Shown one piece after another: positions 51,601 through 64,000 of a DNA stretch of 64,000 bases. The position numbers and the translations under genes are program-made. Origin of the DNA: Kudoa neothunni (taxonomy: Eukaryota > Animalia > Cnidaria); contig OZ199840.1 in the NCBI GenBank assembly GCA_964304625.1, positions 3,089,189-3,153,188 on the forward strand. The letters are read 5' to 3'. How positions within the stretch are numbered: position 1 is the stretch's first letter; every line of letters begins with the position of its first letter. The notes under the pieces were generated by a model. The model was not told the origin of the DNA and made no database searches. It saw only the letters and a list, made by a program, of their open reading frames with translations.

Positions 51601-54146
51601 TCGATTTGGCTTGGTAGTGATAAGTTGATTGCTATCACCCGAGACAACAATGTGGTCGTCCTCACAAAGTCAATGCAGGAACTTTCTCGACTGGGAATCG
51701 GTCAGCCTGTGCATAATGTATTTACCAGTTCAGCCTCCAACCAGATACTATGTTCTACCAAGGATCACGTTATGTTGTTTGATTTGGAAACAAATAAGAT
51801 AGTTTCTCAACTCAGTGTCCCAAATGTTAAACGTGTTAGTTGGTCGTTGGATAGGAAAGCTGTAGCGCTCGTAGGCAAAAAAAATGTGACAATTTGTGAT
51901 AGCAACCTCAAACAATTGACTCAAATCAAAGAGATTTTCAGTGTGAAATCGGCGGTGTGGTTCAACAACCAATCAACCACATTACTCTATTCCACCATCA
52001 CCCATATCAAGTATGTGATTGCCGCCACCGGAGATAGCGGCATCCTAAAAACACTGAACAACCCTCTCTATTTGATCGCAGTCTTTGATGGCAAATTGTA
52101 CGCTTTTGATGAAGAATGCCAGCCTAAAGTTATCAAAATTGATGCCACTGAAATTGCTTTCAAGGTTGCACTCATCAATCGTCAATATGATCAAGTGATC
52201 GGAATCATGAAAAGTTCAGAGTTGATTGGCCAATCATTGATTTCGTTCCTTCAACGTAAAGGTTATGCAGAATTGGCACTACAGTATATTCGGAACAGAT
52301 CCTGTCAATTTGATCTTTCGCTGCAATGTTGTAATATGAATGTTGCCATGGAGGCTGCTAAAGCTTTGAATCGACCCGATATTTGGTTTAGATCGGCTCA
52401 CATTTCCAAATTACTAGGTTACTTTAAAATTTCCGAATTCTGCTACAACATGTCCAAATCGTACGAAGATGTGTTGTTGTTAGCGTTGTGTCAAGGGGAT
52501 AGAACTGTGCTAGATAAGCTCACCAAATTATTAACTTTGAGTAACGCCCCTCTCAATTACAACACTTACCTTAAGGTTTTGTTATTCACCAAAAATCACA
52601 GCGAAATCTATAATATGCTTACTGCCAAAAAATTGCAACCGTTTGCTCAATTATTCCACGACAACTACCTTCAGAGTGACGATCACCCCGCTGAACCTCA
52701 ATCCGACAAAAATACCATGAGCGATATTGTCCTACCTCAAATAGACGAATATCTCGATGTACAACAAGCTGTGATGCCCATAAAATGCCCTTTCACTGAA
52801 GATTGTTGGCCTCGCCTAAAAACATTCCAGTCTGTGTTTGATATGATTGGCAAACCTGATATAGCCCCAAAATCCTACGATCTCACCAACGATGACATGG
52901 ATACATTAATACAACCTACTACAACCAATGTTGATACTAATGCCGCCTGGGATACCAATTTGGATGACGATGACCTAATGGCTGATTTCGACTCGCCTTC
53001 TACCACTGCCGCTACAAATAATGCAGGCTCGACTGCCAACAATTGGGATATAAATGACGATGACTTTGACTTGCCGTCAGACAATTTCGATGATGCTCAG
53101 CAAACTAGTGCGGCAGTCGATCCTACCAATGATTTTAACGATGGCTGCGATATATTGCATGGGAATTTCCCTAGGCCGTTTCCTCCTGAGAAAAATCAGT
53201 GGTTTTCTAATTGTTCACCTCTGCTGAAAGCTATTGCGACCGCTAACTTTAAAACGGTCAATCAAACTCTGTCCGATCGTGGAGTTGAAACTATGTCACC
53301 GATGAAGGAATTCATCATTGGGTTACACAGTCAGTGTCGTCTCACACTCCCAACCAATTTTGCCAATGTCATTGTTAGCAACTATCCTTCGATCAAGGAA
53401 TTTTCTACCAGTGAGTTGGATTGCTTGATGGAAGCCGCTTTGGAGTTGACCACCGCAGCTAATTTCGTGTCCGCTGTCGATTCTTTTACTAATACCATTT
53501 GGTATTCGCTATTGATTGAAAGAACTGACCAGGTCACATTTGATCATATCCATAACACCTGCAAACTGTCCAAAGAATACATCGTTGGATTGAAAATGGA
53601 GCTGTTAAAAAAGGATTGTATCAACAACAACCCTCAACGAGCGTGTGAACTGGCACTCTATTTCTGCCATATGAAAATGAACACATTACACTTGATTTTG
53701 GCTCTACGCACAACTATGACTCTTTTATACAAAAATAAAAACTTTAATTATTGCTTAACCGTTGCCAAGCGATTGATTCGTATTCCTGATGCCGATAATG
53801 TTACTACCGCTCAAGCGAGAAAGGTTATAGCGGCTTGCGAGAAACAAAAGTCTAATGCTCATAAACTAAATTTTGAAGAATATCGAACATTCGATGTTTG
53901 TGCGAAAACCTATCAACCCATATACTCGTAAGTTTCCCAGTGGATTTGCTATTGGGTTTTAATAATTTTTGGTTTGGTGTAGAGGGGAACAGTGCATGAA
54001 ATGTTCAGTGTGTGAAGCTTTCTACAAATCTGATTCAAACGTGTTAAAATGCTGCGTTTGCCAGGTAAACTATATCTGTTATCAATTTTCGACTTTTTAA
54101 TTTCAATCTCTAGGTTGGCAAACTTTCACAATACCATATGTCATAA
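48613..54146 (+). CDS. COPA: Coatomer subunit alpha; exons 48613-48652, 48705-48892, 48958-49038, 49300-49533, 50912-53927, 53983-54064, 54114-54146
   Basis: [109 protein letters not shown] and C-terminal CxxC pairs. Confidence 0.97.
49568..50095. mobile_element. TTAA-flanked MITE with internal direct repeats in COPA intron 4
   Basis: Ends ATCTTGTG / TCCCTTGTG (reverse complement) next to TTAA; ~75-bp repeat at 49654 and 49937; ~63-bp tandem at 49804 and 49867. Confidence 0.5.
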
Positions 54147-55072
54147 ATCGAATCATAGATGTATTCTCTCAATACATTACACATCAAACAAAATTAATGG
54201 ATTGTTAGTTCCAAAATGTTTTTAGCAATATCTTTGATATAAATTTAATTCATCTTTGCTTTTTTTTCTCAAGTTAGCCGAGTAAAATTATATTATTAAT
54301 CAAAAATTGATAATAGACAAAAAATTATAATTAGATAAAATTGATGTAGTTAGTTAAAAATAATTAGCGTTGAACCGTTAAAACCTTTAAAACATCATTG
54401 GAATAAACATTAAGACAACATTTGATAATGATCGATATAGTATATTTTCTCACTCTCTCTGCACTCTATATTGTAAACATCTTGAAAAAATGAGTGATAA
54501 TGCTTAAAGTGGTTTCCAATTAGCAATCAATCACTCATCACTTTTCACAAATATCTCATCTGCACTCCATCAAAATTTTTCCCCAAAACTGAGAACACCT
54601 CTAAACAACAAAACGAAATTTCGGACAAATTTAGCTCAAAATAAACTGGTAAGATGTTCATTTTTGAGATATAGAAGTTTAATATAAAAATAATGATTAG
54701 ATGGGATAGCATTTAGATTTCTTATGAATTCCCATCTGACATTACAACGTTAACATTTTTTTCATAAGCCATTAACCTTAACTGGGTTATTATATGGCTT
54801 TGTTTTAAAAGGTCGCCGTTAGAGATTTAAACATTAGCATAAAATTCCATTTTTTGTATTAATATGGGAAAAATTAAATTTTAATAATTTACAAGTAATT
54901 TTAGGTAAATATGGTCTAATTTACAGAAGGTTTGAATTGGTTTAATAATCAGATGAGCTTCGCGAGCCCAGGATCAAATCTGGGCTTAAATTGGTTAAAT
55001 ATTGTTATTAGCGCGATTAACATTTAAAATATATTGCTTTGGTAGGCCTAACAAAAATAAGACACATTTTAA

Positions 55073-55620
55073 TTACGTAGAGTTACAAAAAGTACAAGTG
55101 ATGTTTTTTAAAGAATGTTCAGTACAGTCGCTCTTATGGCAGTGGCAACAAACCTGTTTGCTCCCGCTTACGATATTGGATGGACAAAAATAACATAGTC
55201 TTCTTTTATTTTCATCGTTTTCATCACTTTTTGCGTTATGCATATCAAAATTATATCCTACGATTTCCATTGAACGCTTTATGGTCGGCTGGAAAGAAAT
55301 GTTAGGATTTTTAAATCTCCTATTCTGTTCATTTTTTATCAATGATATACCCAAATCATCGTCAGAACTCTCATTTAACACATTATTTTGGATAAAATTG
55401 TCTAGTTATCTCTATGAAATAGTTTCACAATCAGACGAGATTTTGATTAACTTGCAAAAATGAATTAAATAAGAATTAATCAACTTTTAGAATAACAAAA
55501 ATTGTTTTTATGAATTTACGTGAAATTTGGGTTTAAAATAATGAATTGTTGGGGGTCATAAACACAATTTAGTAATTTAGTAGGTTCTCTTGGAACCCAA
55601 GGTGGTCCAACAAGTCATTA
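55073..55620 (-). mobile_element. Internally deleted piggyBac remnant
   Basis: Acidic N-terminal remnant fused to a piggyBac Cys-rich domain RRLCYFC..VCCHCHKSDCTEHS..CTFC; in-frame stops upstream and no ATG; boundaries approximate. Confidence 0.7.
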
Positions 55621-57415
55621 ATACAACATTTCAAAAGCCATGTTTGCGTCAATGTATTCACCAGACAATAAACTTACTTCAGATAAGAGTTTCGTTAAAT
55701 TAAATGTCTTCCGAAATGCTGAATTTTGTTCTTACAGCGTAAATCTGGCATTTTGCACCATTACAACGATAATTGGTATAAAAAATAATAATTAGATAAT
55801 TTATTAGTTTGAGCTCTATGGGAGTCCAAAAATTCATCTAAAATACAACCAATATATTGGCTTGGCCCTCTTTTATTTTAGGTGATAGATGTTTGGCATT
55901 CGCTATTAACACGGAAGTTTTTAATCACAAGAATTTTCACATAGCGAGACAAAAAAAACTAAAGGAGAATACCACTTTTCAAAATAATACAAAGTAAATA
56001 ACGCAATGGAAAGACTGCGGGTGGCATCTTTATTCTTTCAAAGCTGCCGTAGGAATTTATCCTCCATTTAATCTCGTATGAAAAAATTGTTTTTATATGC
56101 TACAATTCGAAAATACTCTATTTTCTACGATAAATAGAGTAGAAATTTAAAGTAGGTATACGCGGAAAACAACGCAATAATAATTAATAGTGACGAGAAT
56201 ATTCGAATTATAGGCAGATTGGTCAATAAGACAATTGTCTTTTTCAACTAAATCTCTTTTTTAATTTCTTTAAATTTTTTATCAAATCAAACGATTACAA
56301 AAATTCTTTATCTTTCAGTTACTGAGTTAACAAGAAAGTCCGTATTATGGCACTCTATCAAATTTTTGGAAGTAGCGCTATAGTTATAGTAGTATCACGC
56401 AATTTTTAACACAATATATAAAAAGTTAATATATCACAGCGGAAAAAGCCACCACCGTACTCAAGCGCATTTCGAATTTCGAATGCCCGCGCCCGCCAAT
56501 TGTGAACCAACTTAAATGTTCCAGCTTAAGTCGGATTATTCCAACGTAATTGTTTCACATAAAAACTATCTCTACAATTTCCCAAATACTATTCTCTTCA
56601 TCAAATTAAGACTTAATCACAAAATTTATACGAAAAAGTGGTCGATTCAGACAAATTCTGAAATTATAACACGGTGGATTAACTAGAAATAATAGAATTC
56701 ACTAAGACCGGTCAACTGAGAAGTATCATTTGGTTCTACTATTGTCGATTCACCTGTGACAATCAGACATTTGGAACCCTTTATCTTTCACACCTTGTTG
56801 TTGATTAGAATTCTAAAGTACATTGTAATCAATAATAACCCTGGGAATCCAACTAAAGTGGTTTAATCCAATTAATGTGGCGATTAAATCACATCCAATA
56901 TTATTTGAGTGAGTGGTTAGTGTTATAGTGGCACAAAGATGGGTCCCACACTCGCCAACAATATAAAGTCAGTAATTCAATGGCAAACAATTCAATATAA
57001 AGATATCATATTTAAATGATAAGTAAATCGCATTAGTGCTTCGATTGTTCGATGCCTGATCCAATAAAAAGGGATTAAGCCGGTTATGGTGATACATCTA
57101 ATGAATACTGTAATTATCTCTACACCAATACCATAATTGATGCTCAATTTGTATGGTTATTAACTAGAGATATCTTATCAAAGGGATCGTTTACAAGATT
57201 GGAATAATTCATCGACCTTAACTATATCTATTTTAATCGCAAGACAGATACCGGATTAGGTTAGGATTTGTGACAGTTTGAGAGGTAAAGATGGGTGGTA
57301 ATAGTTAACGTTTGGTAACCTAACAAATTTCCGAAATATTTACTCCCCAGCACGCCAATTCATGTATTTCTACTGCCGCTTATCACTCATTTATCATATG
57401 TGTACAGATTACATA

Positions 57416-57423
57416 CATGCGCA
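57416..57423. promoter_or_regulatory. NRF1-like motif CATGCGCA upstream of ECT2
   Basis: About 100 bp upstream of the ATG at 57524. Confidence 0.5.
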
Positions 57424-57523
57424 ATCAATAATCCGGTAATTGGCGCTCAGTGTACAGTTTTTAGAAGACTATTGAAACCAACTGATTGTTTTATTGCCGA
57501 CAAATCCAGCCACAAAGGTGCAT

Positions 57524-60500
57524 ATGGATAAGGATAAATCGATGAGTGATTATAAGATTGATAGTGGTCACATAGCTGATAAATCAGGTCTCAAACAAAG
57601 CGTTGTAACCGATTCAATGAATTCGTCCTCAAACCATTCTCATCTATCGTCGCAGAAGGATTCGTTCAAATGTCCTAAGATACCCTCAAAAGTAACCCTC
57701 AACATGCGATGCGACCTTAACGTCTCATTATTTGATTGAAATTTGTGTTAATAGGATGATAAATTGGTCAAGGACATGATTTCATTGGATTTGAATCCAA
57801 CTGATGCAGCCAACGAGACATCGTCCACTTTGAGACGTATAGAATCTTCCAAGGAGAATAAATATTCGAAGAAATACGGTACATTTATATCATTTTCGGA
57901 TATAATTCACACTTTGATTGTGAATATTATCTGGTATGATTTTGTTTACACGCATGTAATGTGGTTTAGCGCAATCGAAAAACAAGTTCATATCCCTCAA
58001 CACACTATACATAGTGAGCAGCGCGCTCAGATGTAACGATCTGATAAGAGAATGTTTGAGGATATGGGTCGAAGGAGGAATGGAAAGATTTAAAGTCATG
58101 ACGGTGAACATTGATGAAAATGATTCATCTCACAGCAGTTCGGACAATCTGGACAAACTCACACAAATCCTCAACACCAACAGTTGTGAGAGTGTTGGAT
58201 TTCTGTTGGACAATTTCGAGGGGCCGATATTCGACTATTTGGTTGGTTGTAGACAGTTTATTGTTGGGCCAACATTTGTAACCGAGTATCTCACCGAATA
58301 TGGTGTCACGCCGATCAAATTAATGAGTTGTCGTCCTATCTACTGTTCATCAATGCTGAAGATAACTGTTCTGTTTGATGGGTTTGACGAAGCGGACACT
58401 TGTAGTACTATTCGAAAATTGGCTAAGCGTGTGTGTTTTATGGGTGGTCATGTGGGAAGTATGTTGGATTCCTGCACCACCACTCATCTGGTGACACCTG
58501 GTGTGTTTTCAAGTTTGTATCAAGAAGCGATGGATATGCGTGTGACAGTTGTGCAGAAGGAGTGGATCGATCACTGTTGGGACAATCGAAATCAACTGGA
58601 TTATCTCGCTTCTATGGATACTGTTGAGGGTTTTGAAATCAAGCCGTTTCAAGGATTGTGTATTGCGTTTGTGGGATTTTCGAACGACGTGATGTATCAG
58701 CTGGAAGAAGCTGCCCATTTAAATGGTGCCACAGTGTCAGAGGATATTGACGATGTGAAGGTTACGCATGTTGTGTGTGAGAACAAAGAGAAATTTATGA
58801 GTGAGTCCAAATTGCCTGCTTTGAAATTATCTCCGAAAATCAGCGTTTTTACGATTAACGTAATTTATTTTTTGCCCAAATATACTTATATCAGGGGTCG
58901 GCAGCGGCAGCCAATGATTCGCGAGTCGCATGTGACTTTTTCTCTTTAAGGTCATAAATGCGGCTCCCCATCTTATGTGCTTAATATAAACTGCAATATC
59001 TAAGGTTAAAACTCGAAGAAATTGTATAATTCCTGGTCGCTAAGAATTCGCTATTACGTTCATATTTTTAATTATCATCACACATAAACCATCTTTTTAA
59101 ATGGAAATATACGATACTCCAGCATCATCATCTTGAACTGGTTTTCTTTATTTTCGGCTTGCAAGTTAAATGTAGAAAGAAAAGATTCAGCGAAAAAATA
59201 TCTTATAAATAGAGGTCGTAATTTTCGGCGATTATTTTTAAAAAATTCGACGATGAAAATCAGCGTTTATGTTAAAAATTAGCGACTGCGTAATATTAAA
59301 CTTTATCATCAAACTCAATGAAATTTACATAATTAAAATTGTTTATAAAATTCTCCTTTACAATATAATATTTGAAGCATTCTCAATCGTTCAAACGCTA
59401 GATTTACATTTAACTTTTGAGAGAATGCTTTAATTTTGACCAATATCTTTCCGCTACTGTAGTTGTATTTGGTAGCGATATATGCACAACTCTCGGCCTG
59501 CCCTAGACAATATGAAATACTTTGATTTGTTTATTCTCTAAAATCCAGGACCTATCATTTTATCATCTTATTTCTATGAAGTGAACGTTTCAAAGGCTGT
59601 TGCCATGGAATTTTTCGTTGATCGACGTTAACAAATTTTGGTATATTTTTGGGGGTCAGCTTCCTAATTTAAATCTATTTATTTGGTTATATAATTGTCA
59701 ACTTGTCTTCTTTTTTGCCTCCAATAAAACGAAAAATATTGGACAGATTATCTCGATTATTATCAAAAAATATAAAAATATTGTGAAAATCGACGTTTTT
59801 CGATTTCAATCGAAAATTACGGCCTATACCTATAAACAAAATATTAAGAATTCCTCATAGGACGTTGATCTGTACACCTAAAATTATTAACGAGCTGCAA
59901 TAACTCTAGATTTTATCTACTTTTTTTAAATCGTAAAATTATTTTTTATCATTATTTAAAAATTTTTTTTAATCGAAAGGTCAGTATTAAACTGAAACTC
60001 CTTAAAAATAAAATTTTCATGTATTATACAAAATACGTCGTATTTGTTTATATACTTGTGAATAACTTGTTTTAAATTTTAAATTAGACTTGATGGAGTG
60101 TTGATAATTTTTGCAGTTTACAAATTTTGTTAGTAAAAAGTAATTATATGTACACATTTTTATTAAATATTATCCATTATGCGCGATTTTCTTGTAATAT
60201 CTAACGTTCTTTAGTTTAATGCAGAGAAAACCCCGTATAAAATGTGGTTGAAATTATTAAATTGACGAAAATTCACTAGAAAATAAGCTATTCTTTTAAT
60301 TTTAATAGATTTAGTTTGTATCGTATTTTTGTTGTATGCATGCGAATGGCTGTATTTCTAATTTATCGTAATGGAAATTATTGAATATGAAAGTACAGTG
60401 TTAATTGAAGTGATCAGACAAATTTAAGTGTATATTTGATTCATTTTTATCATTTCCTCCTACGTTATACAACTTAATAATTAAAATAATTGAAATAATG

Positions 60501-63500
60501 GATTAATTAGTTATAGAAAGCGAATTAGATAGTCCAATTCGGTAATTTTCCCCAGATTTTTTGGGAATTTATGTTTTAATGGTTTCAAAGGTAAATATTT
60601 TGATTTTCGAATTTATATTTAATGTGCGGCGACAGAAGTAGAAAAATTTTTCCTGCCATCAATAATTGACTCTTTCGGTTATATCAACTGCCGACCCCCA
60701 TTTATACATACAGTGACTCACGGGTTGTGCTTAATTTTTTGGATTACGCATGATACGTAACTTCGCGCACGCGGGATTGAAAAAAAATTAAGTTATATTT
60801 TTGCCAACTAACATACTTATTTAGTTAAATATTTGAATTACTCTATAATGGAACACGATTTAAAATTTGGAGATTCCTTAAAAAAGTATTATTATGCGAA
60901 ACGTTAAATCTTTTATTAAATCACAAACCAACTAGTAGATAGTAGATAACAGATAGTAGATAGTAAATACAGGAGTTGATTTTGAGACATCATAAGGTAT
61001 TCATTAACTTTATTAATACAAAAATGATTAAGAACCTTTTATCTACTTTGCTCTGATCAGTTTAGTTCAATTCAGTCCACCCTTCCAATTTTAGATCGAA
61101 ATCCATATTTTCTCTCTTTGGGAGTTTTTATTACTCTTAAATAGAACAATCGTTATAATGTTAAAACAACCAGTCTTTATAGTTATAAAGTATTCAAGAC
61201 AGACCATATTTTAACATCCAAGATCTTCATTGTTTCAGATTTAGCGCTTGATTTATCCGCTACTTTTTGATAATAGTTTTAAGTTTCAACTTTTGGGATA
61301 GAGTTTGAATTTTATTACCATCTATTAACGCATGAGCCAAATTTTCGTTGTTTCGAAGAAAATTCATTGCGCATTACAGATAAAACGCATAAAATTCATT
61401 AAAACTATTGATAATTTAATTTTTCTAAAGTCAAATTGAGGATTGAGGCAATATGCTACTTTTGTTATAAAGTTTATAGAGTGCACATTAAATGTTCTAT
61501 ATTTCATTAATTTACTTTTTATTGCAGTATTACGCACGACCCTCAAGTCACTGAATATGTATACACAGTTATTTATCTGTTTTGTATGTATAGTGGTTTT
61601 GGAATTGTATCCACATGGAGAGATATTGTACCGAAGATGTGGTCCATCTGAACACTACATCCCGCTGTGATGAGTCTTCAGTGCCCTACGATCTCACAGA
61701 ATCAATCACATCATTGTCCAATATTATTGATAGTCACATTGCATCCAATCTCATGTCGATTAACGCCATAAGCGCAACTACTGATTCGCAACTACCCTGT
61801 CCTGATTTAGGGTGTATTGTCTCGAGTAATTGTGCTAATCCTCAAGCAGATTATCTCATGGATCAATGGAAATCGAAACACGAAACGATTGACAGTTTCA
61901 ATTGTTTTAATGACGACCAAGATGTAACGCCGATAAAGACTGTTTCGCTTAAGAAACAATCCACGCTCACCACCGACTCAAAATATCGACTTTCCAATGC
62001 TGTGATTTCTAATGATGCGCGTGCGCCCAAATCGAACGGAACTGCTTGCGCGCCAACTGTTGTTGAGGATTTGATTGGTGTTAATGAGTCTAATGGTGGC
62101 AGCGCATTAAGAGACGTTGACGCCTCAAATTCTCCCTCGGCGGTAAACCTCACATCATCAAATTGTGTGTCATCAGTGTCGATGATAAAACCCAAAATTT
62201 TCAATGAAAATGTACCTGTGGAAGTGATTAAAAAAATGGGATCACTTGTTAAATTTGCCAGCATCAGCGCTCACTCTCCTAAATTTAATATTGACAACAA
62301 ATTAATTGAAAAAAGAGAATTAATTGTGGACGAACTAATATCCACGGAAACCAATTATGTCAAAGTATTAAAGACTGTTATTGAAGTGTTCTACAGACCA
62401 TTGGAAAAACTGGTCAAAGCATCAAACAAACCCATAATAGGCTCAAAAGACTTAAAATTTATGTTTTCCGCTTTCCCACATATCTACAATATACACTCCA
62501 ACTTTCTCAATGATCTCGTGCTTATGAAGAAACACATGGCTTTCAAACATATTTGTGTGGGAACATTGTTGTTGGATCATATTGAACGTTATCCCAAAGC
62601 ATATGCACCATATGTGAACTACTATGACCTTATATACAATTCGATCAAAGAATGGTCGGATAGCAAACCTCGGTTTCATGCCTTTTTGAAGAGTTGCGAA
62701 ATGGACCCTCGTTGTCATCGTGAAACCCTTCAACAGTTATTTATACGACCCATTCAACGCTTGCCTAGCACCTTGATGTTGTTGAACCGTAATTAATCTC
62801 CTTCGATAAGTAAAGTCTAAACGAATACTAATATTTGTTTAGAAATCGTGGATTTAGTTTTACCAGCCGAACCCGATTACAAATGCCTAATTAAGTCCAT
62901 CCAAATTTTGAAAGATATCGTTAAGTCGTTGAATGAAGGGAAACGATTCCTTGAGTCAAAAATGCGCATATTTTCTATTATCAATAATGTGGAAAAATGC
63001 CCCGCCAATATTGTTTCTATTGGACGAGATCTAATACTTAAATTTGAGGCGGTGGAAAAATCATGCTCAAAAATGTTCGCAAAAAATGGCCGCTATCTAG
63101 TTATCTATTTGTTAAACGATGCAGTGGAAATTGCAACCAAAAAACTACTAAAAATTATAAGCAAATCTGTTATCAACTCCGCCAAACAAATTATGAGCAA
63201 TAATTCGATTCAGTCATCGTCAAATAATGTTGATGCTGCCTCTTATATCGAGGAAGTGAACAATGTCCGATCCGATAAAGACAAACCTTTCAAACATTAC
63301 CTATATTTGGAATTGAAAGATATACATTCAATTTACAATATTGTTCCTAACAATAGCAGCTCTGGCAACAATCAAAATTCAAAACCTAAAGATGTTGACT
63401 TCTCGTCTGCAGAACTCACTAGTTATCATCATTCAGCTCCGACCACACCAAGCAGCTCTAATGCGCCTTCTTCTTCGAATAACAGCAGCAATGCTAACCA

Positions 63501-64000
63501 CACTTCGTCTGCAAACGCCCAATCCAATATTCTAGGCCTTTTGTATTATGTAGATCGATTCCATTACAACTTTATCTACTTCAAAATACACGGGAAGAAT
63601 GCTTCTGCTGACAAAGATCTATTTATACGCGAGTTGGCAACTAAAATAGCCCAACATCGTAATCTAGAGTCCTATCACCAAGCTATTGTTGAATCATCAC
63701 ACTTAATTTCCACAAAAGATGACCTTGTCTTCGCAACCGATGACAACTCCGCATCCGATATCACCTTCAATGATGACACATCCATGGGTTGTAGCGGATT
63801 CCCACTAAGATGCTCTTCCGGATCCATCTCCACTCATCAAAGTCCTTTCCATGGAATTAACTCCAATATGACCAGACTTAAAGATGTCGTCGGTAGCTCC
63901 AGTCAGAGCATTATTAGCGGCGGAAATATGGTCAAGTTAAAAAAGGCAAAGAAATATAGCGGTGTCAACAACTCTAAAGGATTGTTTTCGAGTAGTGTCA
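57524..64000 (+). CDS. ECT2: ECT2/pebble RhoGEF, 3' end beyond window; exons 57524-57691, 57755-57878, 57970-58859, 61594-62788, 62843->64000
   Basis: Tandem BRCT motifs RPIYCSSM, VCFMGG, TTHLV, EWIDHCW, KPFQGLCIAFVGF, THVV, WFWNCI; DH domain ELISTETNYV..KPRFHAFLKSCE..CHRETLQQLFIRPIQRLPS; SLNEGKR..CPANIVS; PH segment YLLNDAVEIA. Confidence 0.95.
58892..60699. mobile_element. hAT (Charlie/Buster-like) non-autonomous element in ECT2 intron 3
   Basis: TIR CAGGGGTCGGCAG / CTGCCGACCCCC; flanks ACTTATAT / ATTTATAC (6 of 8 match, nnnTAnnn pattern). Confidence 0.72.
60933..60970. repeat. Short (AGATAGT)n tandem repeat
   Basis: tagtagatagtagataacagatagtagatagtaaatac. Confidence 0.7.

Noticed and set aside
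55073-55381. Functional mini-protein fusing piggyBac N-terminus and Cys-rich domain
   Set aside because: Starts at GTG with in-frame stops just upstream; a decayed deletion derivative.
57251-57270. Telomere-like TTAGG repeats (also near 3541)
   Set aside because: Only two units each; consistent with chance.
58860-58949. C-terminal tail of ORF 58014-58949
   Set aside because: Read-through into ECT2 intron 3 and a hAT MITE; the BRCT domain resumes at 61594.
334-63535. Many short antisense or off-frame ORFs in the ORF track (e.g. 334-534, 4512-4805, 18096-18611, 50977-51327, 61863-62264)
   Set aside because: Shadows of real exons or transposases, with no recognisable motifs.

Overview
AT-rich eukaryotic (animal) genomic DNA with short GT-AG introns, mostly 36-90 nt. 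Five spliced genes can be assembled by hand: p190 RhoGAP (ARHGAP35/ARHGAP5 family, minus, 330-7109), USB1 (plus, 36303-37320), INTS15/C7orf26 (minus, 42604-44976), COPA (plus, 48613-54146) and ECT2/pebble (plus, 57524 to beyond the window end). The proteins are highly divergent, which fits a reduced parasitic animal such as a myxozoan (inference only; the taxon cannot be fixed from this window). Intergenic DNA is densely packed with nested, decayed transposons: piggyBac, Tc1/IS630-like, pogo/Tigger, hAT, a long-TIR MULE-like element, Helitrons, a Copia remnant, a solo LTR and a tRNA-headed element. Main observations: (1) USB1 lies inside a ~10.9-kb unit bounded by hAT ends with a perfect 8-bp TSD (ATCTAAAC), a candidate composite transposon carrying a host gene; (2) 5' splice sites are very degenerate, with 17 of 31 inferred donors lacking both -1G and +5G; (3) a TGCGCATG (NRF1-like) motif precedes three gene starts; (4) a near-perfect 303-bp inverted repeat sits inside older inverted arms; (5) two transposase deletions appear microhomology-mediated. 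All gene models, alignments and identities were derived by eye from remembered family motifs and need RNA-seq or database confirmation.
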